DNA of 64,000 nucleotides. Source: Anthoceros angustus. Taxonomy: Eukaryota > Plantae > Anthocerotophyta. Made by a program: the position numbers and the translations under genes. The notes beneath the pieces were generated by a model. It worked only from the letters and a program-made list of their open reading frames with translations, searched no databases and was not told the DNA's origin. Position 1 is the first letter of the stretch, and every line of letters begins with the position of its first letter. This document shows positions 10,615 through 21,525 of the stretch, one piece after another. The stretch lies in contig MU008215.1 in NCBI GenBank assembly GCA_010909165.1, positions 248,001-312,000 of the forward strand. The letters run 5' to 3'.

Positions 10615-13600
10615 CGAGGAGGTGAGCAGGAAAATATGGAACCTTCCAAAGGTTCCGGTGCCCTCATAGTGAGAGGGAGGTCCTGCGAAGGGAAACAGCC
10701 GGAAGCTTTTCGTAGCAAATCTAGTAGTCGTAACAAGAATGTGGAGTGTCACTATTGTCACAAAGGGTCACTTCAAAGAGAGTGCGAGAAGTTCAAAAGG
10801 ACCAAGGAAAAGAAGAAGCGGGGCGACAAGAAGGCGACTTCGCATCGAGTTGGAAGAGTTAAACTACATTGAGGACGGAGATGTCCTTATCTCTTCTTAC
10901 TTGAATCTTGCACAATTAACCCGTGGATAGTCATTTATTACGCAATTGGATAATTGACTCGGTGCATCTTTCCATGTTACTCCTCATAGAGTGGTTTAGC
11001 GTATGATGCTACAAGGAAAGGATCGTTAGGCTTGGAAATAACTATGCATGCGGATCGCAGCGAGGTGATGTGCAACTCAAGTTTGACAACGGATCTTCAT
11101 TCATCTTTGAAGGGCGTTAGGCATGTTCGAAGTTGACAAAGAGCATGACAGCTTGGATGATGCTGTTACCACCGTTTGGTTTGATCACTTGGAAGATCTC
11201 CAAAGGTTCTCTTGTGTTAGCTCGTGGATCGAGTGTGGCACTTTGTACTCACTTGTAAACATCACAAAGATCATGTGATCTGTGACAGAGCAACCAAATG
11301 TTTCCTTGTGGCATTGCGGTTAGGACATATGTCTCGAGAAGGGAATGAAGGTTTTATCTCGCTCGTTATATCCTGTTCTTAACTTCTCGATCTCTCGATG
11401 TGTGAGCCTTTGTTTATATGGGAAATGTATAAAATCATCACATCGAACACGAGGTAAAGTAGGAGTAAACCTCTTGAGTTGGTTCACGTGATGTATGTGG
11501 ACCTATGCTCTTGCATCATTAGGCGGTCTCCTATTTTGTCACTTTCATAGATGATTTCTCACGCAAGGTGTGGGTTTATCCTTTGAGGAAAAAGGATGAA
11601 GTTACGGCGGTGTTTGAAATTTGTCACCCTTGTAGAGAATCGCCGCCACCGATTGAAGTGTCTAAGGACGTATAATGGTGGAAGTATGTTCGAAAGCTTC
11701 ATCATTCGTGATTCCAAGGAATCAAAGAGAATTGATCACAGATACTCCTCCACAAAATGGTGTGGTGGCGGATGAGCAGAACCATTCGAGGAGAGGATGC
11801 GAGTTTGTTGTCAAACTACGGATTGCCTAATGGGTTTTGGGCGTATGGTTCATCAGCTCATCTTATTAATGATCTCCTAATAAGGTCATGATGAGCAGAA
11901 CCATTCGAGGAGCTATGGTCCGAAAGAAACCATCCTACAAGCATCTGCGAGTGTTTGTGAGGCATACCGCCATGTTCCAAAAGAGTTTGGGACAAGTTGG
12001 CACCTAAGTCCAAGAAATGTATTTTTCTTGGCTATGGTGATTCCGTGAGATGGGATACCGTTTGTGGGATCGAGGCTAGAAAGGTTGTTCGTACTAACGA
12101 CGTGTTCTTCAATGAGAACAAGATGCACGGAAGCCTACTCCAACCGTGGAGGTGCGAAGGGTGATCTTCAAGAAGATGGACATGATCATCATGGGCGGGT
12201 TGATAAGTGGTAATGTGTGTGAGCACATTCCTCCACCGATAGATGAACCAAGAGTCGAACAAGCACCTATAGAGGTGCTCGTGCTCAGAGGTCGTGCAGA
12301 TTACACGACCGATATGATCCATCTGGATTATGTTATGCCGACAGATTGGGGAACCCTCTTCTTACAAAGAGGCCATGTCAATGAGTAACAAAGTGGGAGA
12401 AGGCCATGCGATCGAAATGAATCATATAAGAACCAAACTTGGGAGTTGGTTCCGCTGTTTAAGGATAAGAAGGCACCACTGCAAATGGGTGTACAAGATG
12501 AAGGTCATACCTTGATGGCAAACCAAAGTACAAGGCACGATTGGTTGCTAAGGGTTTCAAGCAAAACAACTGCATTGACTTTGATGAGATTTTCTCACCG
12601 AGTCAAAATGACAACTTTGCGATGTGTTCTTGCTTGCTGCCGTGGAATGATATGGAACTTGTAGATGGATGTCAAGACGGCATTCTTGCATGGTGACCTT
12701 CAAGAGGAAGTCTACATGCAAAGAACCAAGGTTTTGTTGAGAAGGGCAAAGAGCATCCGTGCAGTGTTGAGGAAGAGCCTTTATGGTTTGAAAAAGCACT
12801 GAGAGTGGTATCACAAGTTCCACTCATTTATGCTTTCTCAAGGCTACAAGCGTGGCGATGAGGATCATTGCCTATAAAGCAAGCTAAGGATCAAAGCTTG
12901 CTCATTTTGATCCTCTATGTGGATGATATGCTAATTGTCGAACAAGATCGATGAGATTTTCTGAAGTCAAAGTTGAATGCTCACTTTGAAATGACAGACT
13001 TGGGAGGCGAGCCATATACTTGGCATGCGATTGAACATATAAGCGCCCGCTTTATTTGTCCATTTTAATACATTAACGAGGTGCTTCAACGTTTCAACAT
13101 GGAGAAGGGAAGCCATTGGGTACTCCATTGCCTCCATATGTGAAACTTTCAAGCGGATTGCCCAAGCTACGAGGAGGACAAAGTCGAAATGGAGAAGGTC
13201 CCATACTCATCACCGTAGGGAGTTTGATGTATGCAATGATTGCTACACGCCCCGACATTGCCTTTGCAGTGGTTAGCGTTTATGTCAAACCACAGCAAGA
13301 AGCATTGGGAGGCGATAAAAGGAGTTATGAGGTATCCGAATGGTACAAAAGCTTTGTGCATATGTTTTGGTAGTGAAGATGCATGTGTGGTTGGGTACCA
13401 CGGATCTCGATTATGCGAGGATATGGACAAAAGGAGGTCCACATCGAGTTATGTCTTCACGCACCGGAGGGGCTCATGGCGATCTCGCTTATCGGCATTA
13501 CGCTATCTACCAGGCCGAGTATGTTGCGACAGCGGGGCTTGCAAGGAAGCCATATGGCTTGCCTGCTTAGTGGGAGACTTGGGGATCAAGGTTGAGTCGC

Positions 13601-14115
13601 TGTTGCATTGTGATAGCAGTGCTATCCAATTGGCAAAGAATCCGATGTTTCATGCGAAGACTAAACATGTGGATGTGAAGTATCACTTCATTCGAGAGGT
13701 GACGACAAGAGGGTACAACTTGTCAAGGTTCACACCACCTGTAACCCCGCAGATATTCTTACCAAGGGACTCTACTTGAGCAATTTGCACAAGCTCGGAC
13801 AGCGATGGGCATGAGGTAGTCCATTCTTCACGAAAGTAAATTGGCCTTTAAGTGAGAGGTTGTAAGGGTATTAAAGCCCAATGTACTTAGACTAATACAC
13901 TTAGTCTAAGTTAGGTGTCGATTAAGTATCATTAGTTTAGAAGCTAATCACTAGGAAGCTTCTTGTGCTCCTTCCTAGGGGCTTCTTGTGGAGCTTCCTA
14001 GGGAGCCCTGGAGGTATAAATACCCTCCAAGCCTCATCTCAAGGTGAGAGAGTTACACTTGCCTCCTCCTCTCCTCTCCTCTTTCCACCATCATGGGCTA
14101 CTATACGATCCGTCA
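10615..14115 (+). mobile_element. Ty1/copia family A (Tnt1-like), 5'-truncated, with 3' LTR
   Basis: ECHYCHK zinc knuckle, WIIDSG protease, LGHMS pre-integrase, integrase, [10 protein letters not shown] and LYVDDM RT, and FHAKTKHVDVKYHF RNase H, all heavily frameshifted. PPT aagtgagaggt and LTR TGTAAGGG at 13861-14115. Confidence 0.9.
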
Positions 14116-14486
14116 CATATGAAATATGACATGCCCATAGATGGCATCCTGGACTTATGATATGCATGATGGATGCATGTGAACAAATGTGAGATGTGTG
14201 ATGGACATACATGAATGTGTATATGTATACAAGCACGCATATAAATGCATGCATTATGGCATGTGCGTATATATGTTTGTATGGGCGACCATACCCAGGT
14301 GAGGAAAGTTGATAGGCATGAGCATGAGTGTTGGAATGCCATGTGGACGATGGTTAAGGTTGAGGGTTGAGGGTTTAGGGTATATGGGTAAACAATAAAT
14401 AGACCGTTAAATGATCGTTGGAGTGAATGAACACTAGCAAAAGATACGAAAGGTGGCAGCGGCTCATTAAATGAGCGGGCGGAGGA

Positions 14487-14704
14487 CCGGCAAGGGTAGT
14501 AAGGAGCGTTTTCTACAAAACCAGCAAGGAGTGTTATCTACAAAGCGTATAATGCAATCCAAAGTCATTTAATTGAAGGTAGCCAGATGGTCTCCGCCCC
14601 GGCAAGGGTAGTAAGGAGCGTTTTCTACAAAACCAGCAAGAAGTGTTATCTACAAAGCCTATAATGCAATCCAAAGTCATTTAATTGAAGGTAGCCAGAT
14701 GGTC
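14487..14704 (+). repeat. Direct tandem duplication, period 112 bp
   Basis: ccggcaagggtagtaaggagcg...ggtagccagatggtc at 14487-14592 and 14599-14704, near-identical. Confidence 0.9.
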
Positions 14705-15210
14705 CTAAAGACTCGCCTAAGCTCTTTTGACACAAATGGGTGTCTTGCCATCCCCATGGTGGCTTAATATTTTAGCATTCGCGATTAGAGCTAAGTATAT
14801 GAAGTCACGCCAGTTTCTGCCTAGACTAGATATGCATTTAATCATTTGCGGAAATTAGGGATAGGTGTATGGACTAAGAGTAACGGCACTGGTGAAATAA
14901 GGTAGAAAGGTGAAAAGTTGAAAAAGGTAAAAAGCTAAGTTAGTAGCTGCCCTGTTAAGAAGATGCATGTGTTGCATGCTTCATGAAATCTCTTGTTAGA
15001 AAGGAATTGCTACAGCCACAAATGAAGAGTCGCCTAGAGGACTCTTAGTGATCGTGGTCCGTAAGAATCCTAGATTTAACGATTGCCTAGTTAAGGTCAG
15101 TCATGGATATATAAGGCTAGAGCAAGGGCTTTGAGGAACAAGTTACAAGTGGGACTCACTCTTTGAGAGAGCAGTGCAAAGCGCCTGCAAGCCTGTTTGA
15201 GAGAGTCAGG

Positions 15211-15267
15211 GGTTTAGGGTTTAGAGATTAGGGTTTAGGGTTTAGGGTTTAGGGTTTAGGGTTTAGG
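15211..15267 (+). repeat. Interstitial Arabidopsis-type telomeric repeat (TTTAGGG)n, about 7-8 units
   Basis: ggtttagggtttagagattagggtttagggtttagggtttagggtttagggtttagg. Confidence 0.9.
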
Positions 15268-15662
15268 CAAGAGGCCATGAGATAGCCGATTCCATCGTTG
15301 TATTATTACAATAAGAGCAAAAGACCCTCGAGGAGGTGGCTCATGCAGTCGCCGCGACGCCGGGTACTTGAAGACTAGTGCTGTGTTGTGAGGTTGAGAG
15401 CGTTGAGAATCGTGCAAGTTTCTTGTGGAGTGAATTGGCGAGGTTCTAGACCGCTGGGAAGCCAGCACTTGTCGCTTCCTTACTAGCTGCGCAGTGAGGG
15501 GTGTTACTCTAAGGCTAGTTTTTGTCTAGGCTATGTAGGACTTTCTAGAACGTCATGTGACTTGATAGCCATGACGGCCATGCAGCCCATGGCGCGATAC
15601 CCTCTTTCAAACTTCTTTTGAGGGTGTCCGGACTCAGGCTTATCTTTGCCTAGGCTATGGAG

Positions 15663-15729
15663 CAGGGTGTCATTTTGACCGAGTACTAGCTCAGTCCCCG
15701 GGACCGCCTAGCCTGGCTACGCTCGGTCC
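15663..15729. mobile_element. Truncated terminus of the hAT-like MITE family also seen at 47250-47681
   Basis: cagggtgtcattttgaccgagtactagctc is the reverse complement of the right end of the 47250-47681 element. Confidence 0.75.
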
Positions 15730-15766
15730 TAGAACGTCCTCCATAGTATGGAGGACGTTCTAGGAC
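15726..15766. repeat. Perfect 20-bp-arm palindrome with 1-nt loop
   Basis: gtcctagaacgtcctccata-g-tatggaggacgttctaggac. Confidence 0.95.
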
Positions 15767-16261
15767 ATGTGATGTGACTTGATAGCCATGATGGCCATGC
15801 AGCCATGGCGCGACACCCGCTTTCAGACCTCTCAAAAGTTTCGCACTCCCCACTGCTGCAACGAGGATACTTGGCCGGACGAGTCAAGTAAGATATCCTA
15901 GTAAAGCCTTGTGGGCACGATTGCTTCAAACATGGCCATCCACCTGGAAAACATGAATGGGGCTCTCCGTGGTATCTCTTTGGCATGGAGCTTAGATGCT
16001 CCTTCTTTCTCTTTGGCATGCATGCGCTAGGATTCTAATGGAAAGCCGTATGATTTTTGATGAATTTCACCTTACAATTACACATGCCTCGCAATTTGTT
16101 TTTCATAGCACACCAGTCGATGTAGGCACCTAACACACGTGCTTACATGTTGCTTAGCCTATAGCACCCGTGCTAGCTCGCATGGTGTGGTCATGCACAG
16201 TATCTGGTCTTTCTGGCATAGTCTGTTGTTAGACTCATCGTCCGGCAGGGGTCCCTGACCG

Positions 16262-19200
16262 ATGGCCACATTATGGCAATCGGACCCGTTGTCGACCCAG
16301 AACATTGCAATTGGTATGTGTATAGGGATCCGACCAGGAGCTCCCGCTCACCTCATCATAGGGAGCCAAGCCCTGGCAAACAAAGCCTCCAGGTTCAGCA
16401 GTGTAAGGAGCCCAGCAGTCCCGCTTCCGATATCGTGTGTGGGTAGGGACGGGTTTTCCAGCGATGCCGGTCGTTGCCAGGAGCAGGAGCAGGAGCACTT
16501 GTGGCAACAATTTTTTCTGGATCCTACCCTGTGGTGGGACAACAGACGAGATGGGAAGAGCTCCCGTTCCCCTGACTTCCGGCGTAAGGGGTCCGGCGAG
16601 GTACTGTGGTTAAAGAACATGTCTAAGCCAGCTTGGGTTGACGAGAAGCTCGTTTCCTTGGATATGCACATGGGTCACGGCGCCTCTCCGTCCAACTCGA
16701 GCTCTCGAGATAATCCTGAACTTGGGAGACGTGCAGAATCCGAAATGGGCTCCAGATGCAGCAGTGTAAGGAGCCCAGTGCTTCCACATCCGAGAAAACG
16801 TCTGGGTGGGGACGGGATTTCCAACGATGGTCGTCGCCAGGAGCAGGAGCACTTATGGCAACAATTTTTTCTGGACCCTACCCTGTGGTGGGATAACAGA
16901 CGAGATAAGAAGAGCTCCCGTTCCCCTGACTTCCGGCATAAGGAGTCCGGCGAGGTGCTGTGGTTGAACAACATGTTCAAGCCAGCTTGGGTTGATGAGC
17001 AGCTCGTTTCCTTGGATATGCAGATGGGTCATGGTGCCTCTCCTTCCAGTCAGCTCTCGGATAAGCCTGAACCTGGCAGGCGTGCAGGATCGGAAATGGC
17101 GTCGTTACGGCTGTAACCGTGAGCACGTTCTGTCAGCAGGGGAAGCTTTCTGAGGCCGTTGGAGCCCTGGAATCTCTGGCCAAGACAGACTCCGCTGTTT
17201 CTCAGTCTCTGTTTTACACCGTGCTGAAGCTGTGTACAGCCAAGAAGGATTTGGTTGTGGGGCGTCGCGTTCATGATCTCACTGCCAAACTTGGGTACGA
17301 GTCGAGTGCATTCTTGGGGAACCATATCTTGCGCATGTATGCATGTGGAGGTAGGCTGCAGGAGGCCATGGATGTGTTCACCAGGGTGGGCAAACCAGAT
17401 GTCTTCATGTGGTTTTCCATAATCTCTGCACATGCTAAGCATGGGAAACCTAAGGAGGCCATACAACTGTACCATGAGATGCGTAGGTCAGGAGTGAAGG
17501 GGAATGGTCACGTCTTTGTAGCTGCGCTTCAGGCTTGCGCACTTGCTGCCGACTTGGAATCTGGCAGAAAAGTGCACTCTGATGTGCTGCACAGTGGCAC
17601 TCCTACTGACATGTTTGTTGGGAACTGCCTCGTGGACATGTATGCAAAATGTGGCGAACTGAAAGATGCACACCAGGTTTTTGAAAGCATGGCCAAAAGG
17701 GATGTGGTGACATGGACGGCGCTGATTGCTGGGTATGCACAGCAGGGGCTCGGCAAGAGGCGCTTGTTGTGTATGGACAAATGGAGCAGGAGGGCCTCAT
17801 TTTGGCTAACCATGTTACTTTTGCTTGCCTTCTGAAGGCCTGTGCAAGCACTGGTGCCTTACAGAAGGGCAGGCAGCTGCACTCACAGATTGTGAAGAGG
17901 ACTGCTGGATGACGGTGGGCACCTGCCTGGTGGACATGTATGCAAAATGTGGTGAACTGGAAGATGCACGCCAGGTTTTGACAGCATGCCACAAAGGATG
18001 TGGTGACATGGACCGCCCTGATTGCTGGGTATGCACAGCAAGGACTCGGCCAAGAGGCGCTTGTTCTGTATGGACAAATGGAGCAGGAGGGCCTCATTTT
18101 GGCTAACCATGTTGCTTGCCTTCTGAAGGCCTGTGCAAGCACTGGTGCCTTACAGAAGGGCAGGCAGCTGCACTCACAGATTGTGGAAGAGGACTGCTGG
18201 ATAATGTAGTGTGGGCACCTGCCTGGTGGACATGTATGCAAAATGTGGTGAACTGGAAGATGCACGCCAGGTTTTGACAGCATGGCCAAAGGATGTGGTG
18301 ACATGGAATGCCCTGATATCTGGGTATGGTACTTGTGATGAAGGTCACAAGGCACTAGCTTGTTTTGAGGAGATGTTAGTTGCCGGTATTCAGCCTGATG
18401 ATACTTTACTTGCCTTCTAGTAGCATGCAGTCATGAGGACTGGTCCACGAGGGTCGCAAGCACTTTGATTCCATGGCTGAACAGCATGGCATCAAACCTA
18501 CTATTGAGCATTACACCATGATTGATCTTCTTGGGCGTGCAGGCCATTTAGATGAGGCAGAGAAGATGCTATTATCATGTGAGGGCCAAAGTAATGTTGT
18601 GGGCTTGAGGTCTTTGTTGAATGCCTGCAAACGTCACGGGGATATAGAGAGGGCGATGTGGTGTTTTGAAAGCATTGTTAGGCTGGACCTCAGGAGGCGC
18701 CTGCGTATGTGCTCATGGCCAATGCCTACGCAGATGCAGGTAGGTGGACCGATGTAGACAGGATTGAAACACAGAGAAGGGCAGCAGGAGCTAGCAAGAA
18801 ACCTGCTGTGGCGACAATTGAGGTGAAAAACGAGGTACACCGATTTCTGGTGGGAGAAAGGAGACAGGATATTGCGCTCAAGGCAGAGAGCACGAATGCA
18901 CGTCTGAAGCAGGAAGGAGGCCACGTAGCTCACACGAAGTTGGTCTTGAAGCCACTGTGTGAGAAGGACAAAGAAGAAGTGCTTTGTGGGCATGCCGAAA
19001 AGCTGGCCTTGGCGTTTGGACTCTTGAACACACCGAGTGGGACACCTCTGGTGGTAACGAAGAATCTGCGCATGTGCAGTGACTGCCACAGTTCCACGGA
19101 GATCATGTCAAGGCTTGAACAGAGAGACATTGTTGTAAGGGATGGGTACCGTGTGCATCGATTCGCAGTTGGTTGTTGCAGTTGTAAGGGTCGACTTTGA
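16262..19200 (+). CDS. PPR gene 1: transit-like leader, 2x OSB-type PDF motif, PLS PPR array (~14 motifs), E1, E2, DYW:KP (GRL end); putative U-to-C editing factor
   Basis: ORFs 16262-17116, 17119-17835 and the following pieces join into one intronless frame after single-base corrections. Motifs: [15 protein letters not shown] twice, [74 protein letters not shown]. Confidence 0.88.
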
Positions 19201-19299
19201 GAATAATGAAGAACTAGCAGTGCTGTAGTGCTGACGGTTGTTATCATGATCTATGTATTTGTCTCTTTTCCATCCCACGTTAAGTCATATTTTCAGTCC

Positions 19300-20421
19300 T
19301 GTTACAGTCCGCTGTCCCTCAAGTAACGGACACCGCCCAAAAAAAGTAAGTCAGGGTTCCGCCTGTAGGATGTGGGGACGGGTTAAGGGGCCAGCGTGCT
19401 CCTAGCTGACACACGTGAACATATGGATGCAGTCTTACCGTCTTACCTCGTTGGTACCGTAAGACTGATCGGTAGGTAGTAACAAAACACTAGCATACCT
19501 TCACTTCACACTCGGTCACCTCATGCAGACAGCCATGACCGTTTTGATGCTCGACTGCACAAGAACACTACCATATGCTACCTGAGGAAAACAGGCTTTG
19601 ATCCCGATGCTTAGTCCACAAGTAGTGACTCGCGCTCACAACACTCATGGTAGAACGTGCCTTGCCAAATACCATGCATACACAATAAGGCACTTCTCAA
19701 ACACACAACGAGGCTTTAAATGACAAAACAGCAAGGAATGCCAAACCAAATGGCACGAGGGATGGCTCATCAGCCAACTCGATGCACACAAAAACCCTGT
19801 GCGCATTGAGCAAGCCTAGCACGGCCTAGCACACTTGGCACACTAGCACGCTTACCAAGCCTAGCACACTAAGCCTTGCATGACCTAGCATCGCCTAACT
19901 TGCCTAGTAAGGTTATCAATCCTAGTACGCCTATTTAGCGCACACAAGAGATCATAGCTTGTAAAAATAGAAGAGAGTAGCTTGCACGTCGTGGCATAAA
20001 CACACTCTCCCTACGAGAACAACATGCAAATTCCTCGTACATCGCTCTCGGAGTCATAGCTTTGGCTCTTCACAACACTCTTGCATTGCATATCTAGAGG
20101 ACAAGCTATGATCTCAGCTTGTCCTCTGTGAAAGGGTCTATATGTACTAGCCCTTGGCATTGGCATATTCCTAAGATATCCTATTGGCATCAGCATATGC
20201 CGAAAATATCCTAAGAATACACTATAATATGCAAGAAATATGCTGAAGCATATTATTTGTGCTTACCCACTTAGCTATTGCTAACCATGTTTAATTAACA
20301 CTAATCAATGTTTAATTAACATAAGAGCTTTAGACTAATTAATACTAATTACTTAAGGATAAGTAATTAAATTAATTAGCATTAATCAAACACTAAACCC
20401 AAGTGCTTAGATTAGTGTCAC
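19300..20421. mobile_element. Putative Gypsy-type solo LTR
   Basis: Begins tgttacagtccg and ends tagtgtcac(g). Internal ctagca-rich and taattaa-rich tracts. No matching TSD found. Confidence 0.35.
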
Positions 20422-20653
20422 GCGGCATGATGACCTCCATATCCATACGCGGACGACAAGAAGGAGTTCACCCATCTCACCGACCAACCCGACTCGCTCT
20501 CACACCGTTACTTGTGGTGCATGATGGCCTTGGTCCGCAAGCATTTGAACAAGCAAGACCATGTGCTCAACGAGGTTAACATGTGTGAGAGGCGAATGAG
20601 TGTCTTGGAGGGGGAGGTTGGGGGTTGGGAGGCTGAAAATTTCAAGGCCTACC

Positions 20654-21130
20654 TGTGACACGACTTTCGCTGACGACTAGCCGGGCGCGCACTAATCCCG
20701 TGTCGTTGCAGTAAGGGGTCCGTTCCCTAGGGAATGATTTGTCCCGTTTTTGCACGCTCATGGCTCGTTTTCCACCCCATCGTTGGGGAGGGTATCTATC
20801 GGGGACCCCAACACAGTCGTTGCCACTTCCTAGTTACTTCTATGCGTCCACCGGACAGGCCCGGCATAGCCAAACGTTTAAGGACTCGTTTGCGTCCGTT
20901 CCTACTAGTCCGTCTTACACTCCGCTCCTCTCCGTCTCTCCTACCGTGCTCACTACACACATTATCAGGGGAGAATCACGGGTGGGTCTGCGTGGGCTAC
21001 GGACCTCCTCAATCGTCACCAGGTTTCCACCCTTGTCCGAGCTCTGCACGCCCTCTAGGGGTTCAACTAGTCACGCCCGCTCCGATCCCCCAAACGTCGG
21101 GCCACCGTTCGAGAGGAGCAGGGGTCCGTG
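20654..21130 (+). mobile_element. LTR-like repeat, homologous (inverted) to 33145-33657
   Basis: Shared blocks such as gccgggcgcgcac..atccc.tgtcgttg, aaacgtttaaggactcgtt.gcgtccgt and terminal gggtccgt. Confidence 0.65.
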
Positions 21131-21141
21131 TGAAGGATCGG

Positions 21142-21525
21142 TGACAAAGTAGCCCTCAAGTATAAACTGTTTGACAGGGAGCATGCTAGAGGTGATTCCA
21201 TGAGATGGAGAGAATAACGAATGAATTAAGTAGAGAACAAAATTGTATATGTACATGAGTAACCTAACTAACTCTAAACATAAGTTATATCATTAACCTT
21301 GATAATTTATATATCCTCAACACTCCCACTTAACTTTGGAAGGGTTAAACCAAGCAATGAATAGCATGAGAGTGACGAGACTATCAGAACGCTGAGTGCA
21401 AGCCGCCTAACAAAGCGTAAGCATGATGGCGGTGGAGATGGTCAAGAAGAGGTGATGAACACCAAAGGAGTGCTCATGCTAGTTGTTGACTATCGCCGTG
21501 ATGGTAGCACTCGACATTGTGCAAA
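21142..21525 (-). mobile_element. Second copy of copia D 3' LTR, PPT and start of antisense ORF
   Basis: Near-identical to 7207-7610; LTR at 21142-21322. Confidence 0.9.

Noticed and set aside
17603-18355. 250-aa Cys/His-rich antisense ORF (and similar ones at 42202-43101, 45102-46154, 53651-54461, 56523-57387)
   Set aside because: Shadow frames of the PPR repeats on the opposite strand.
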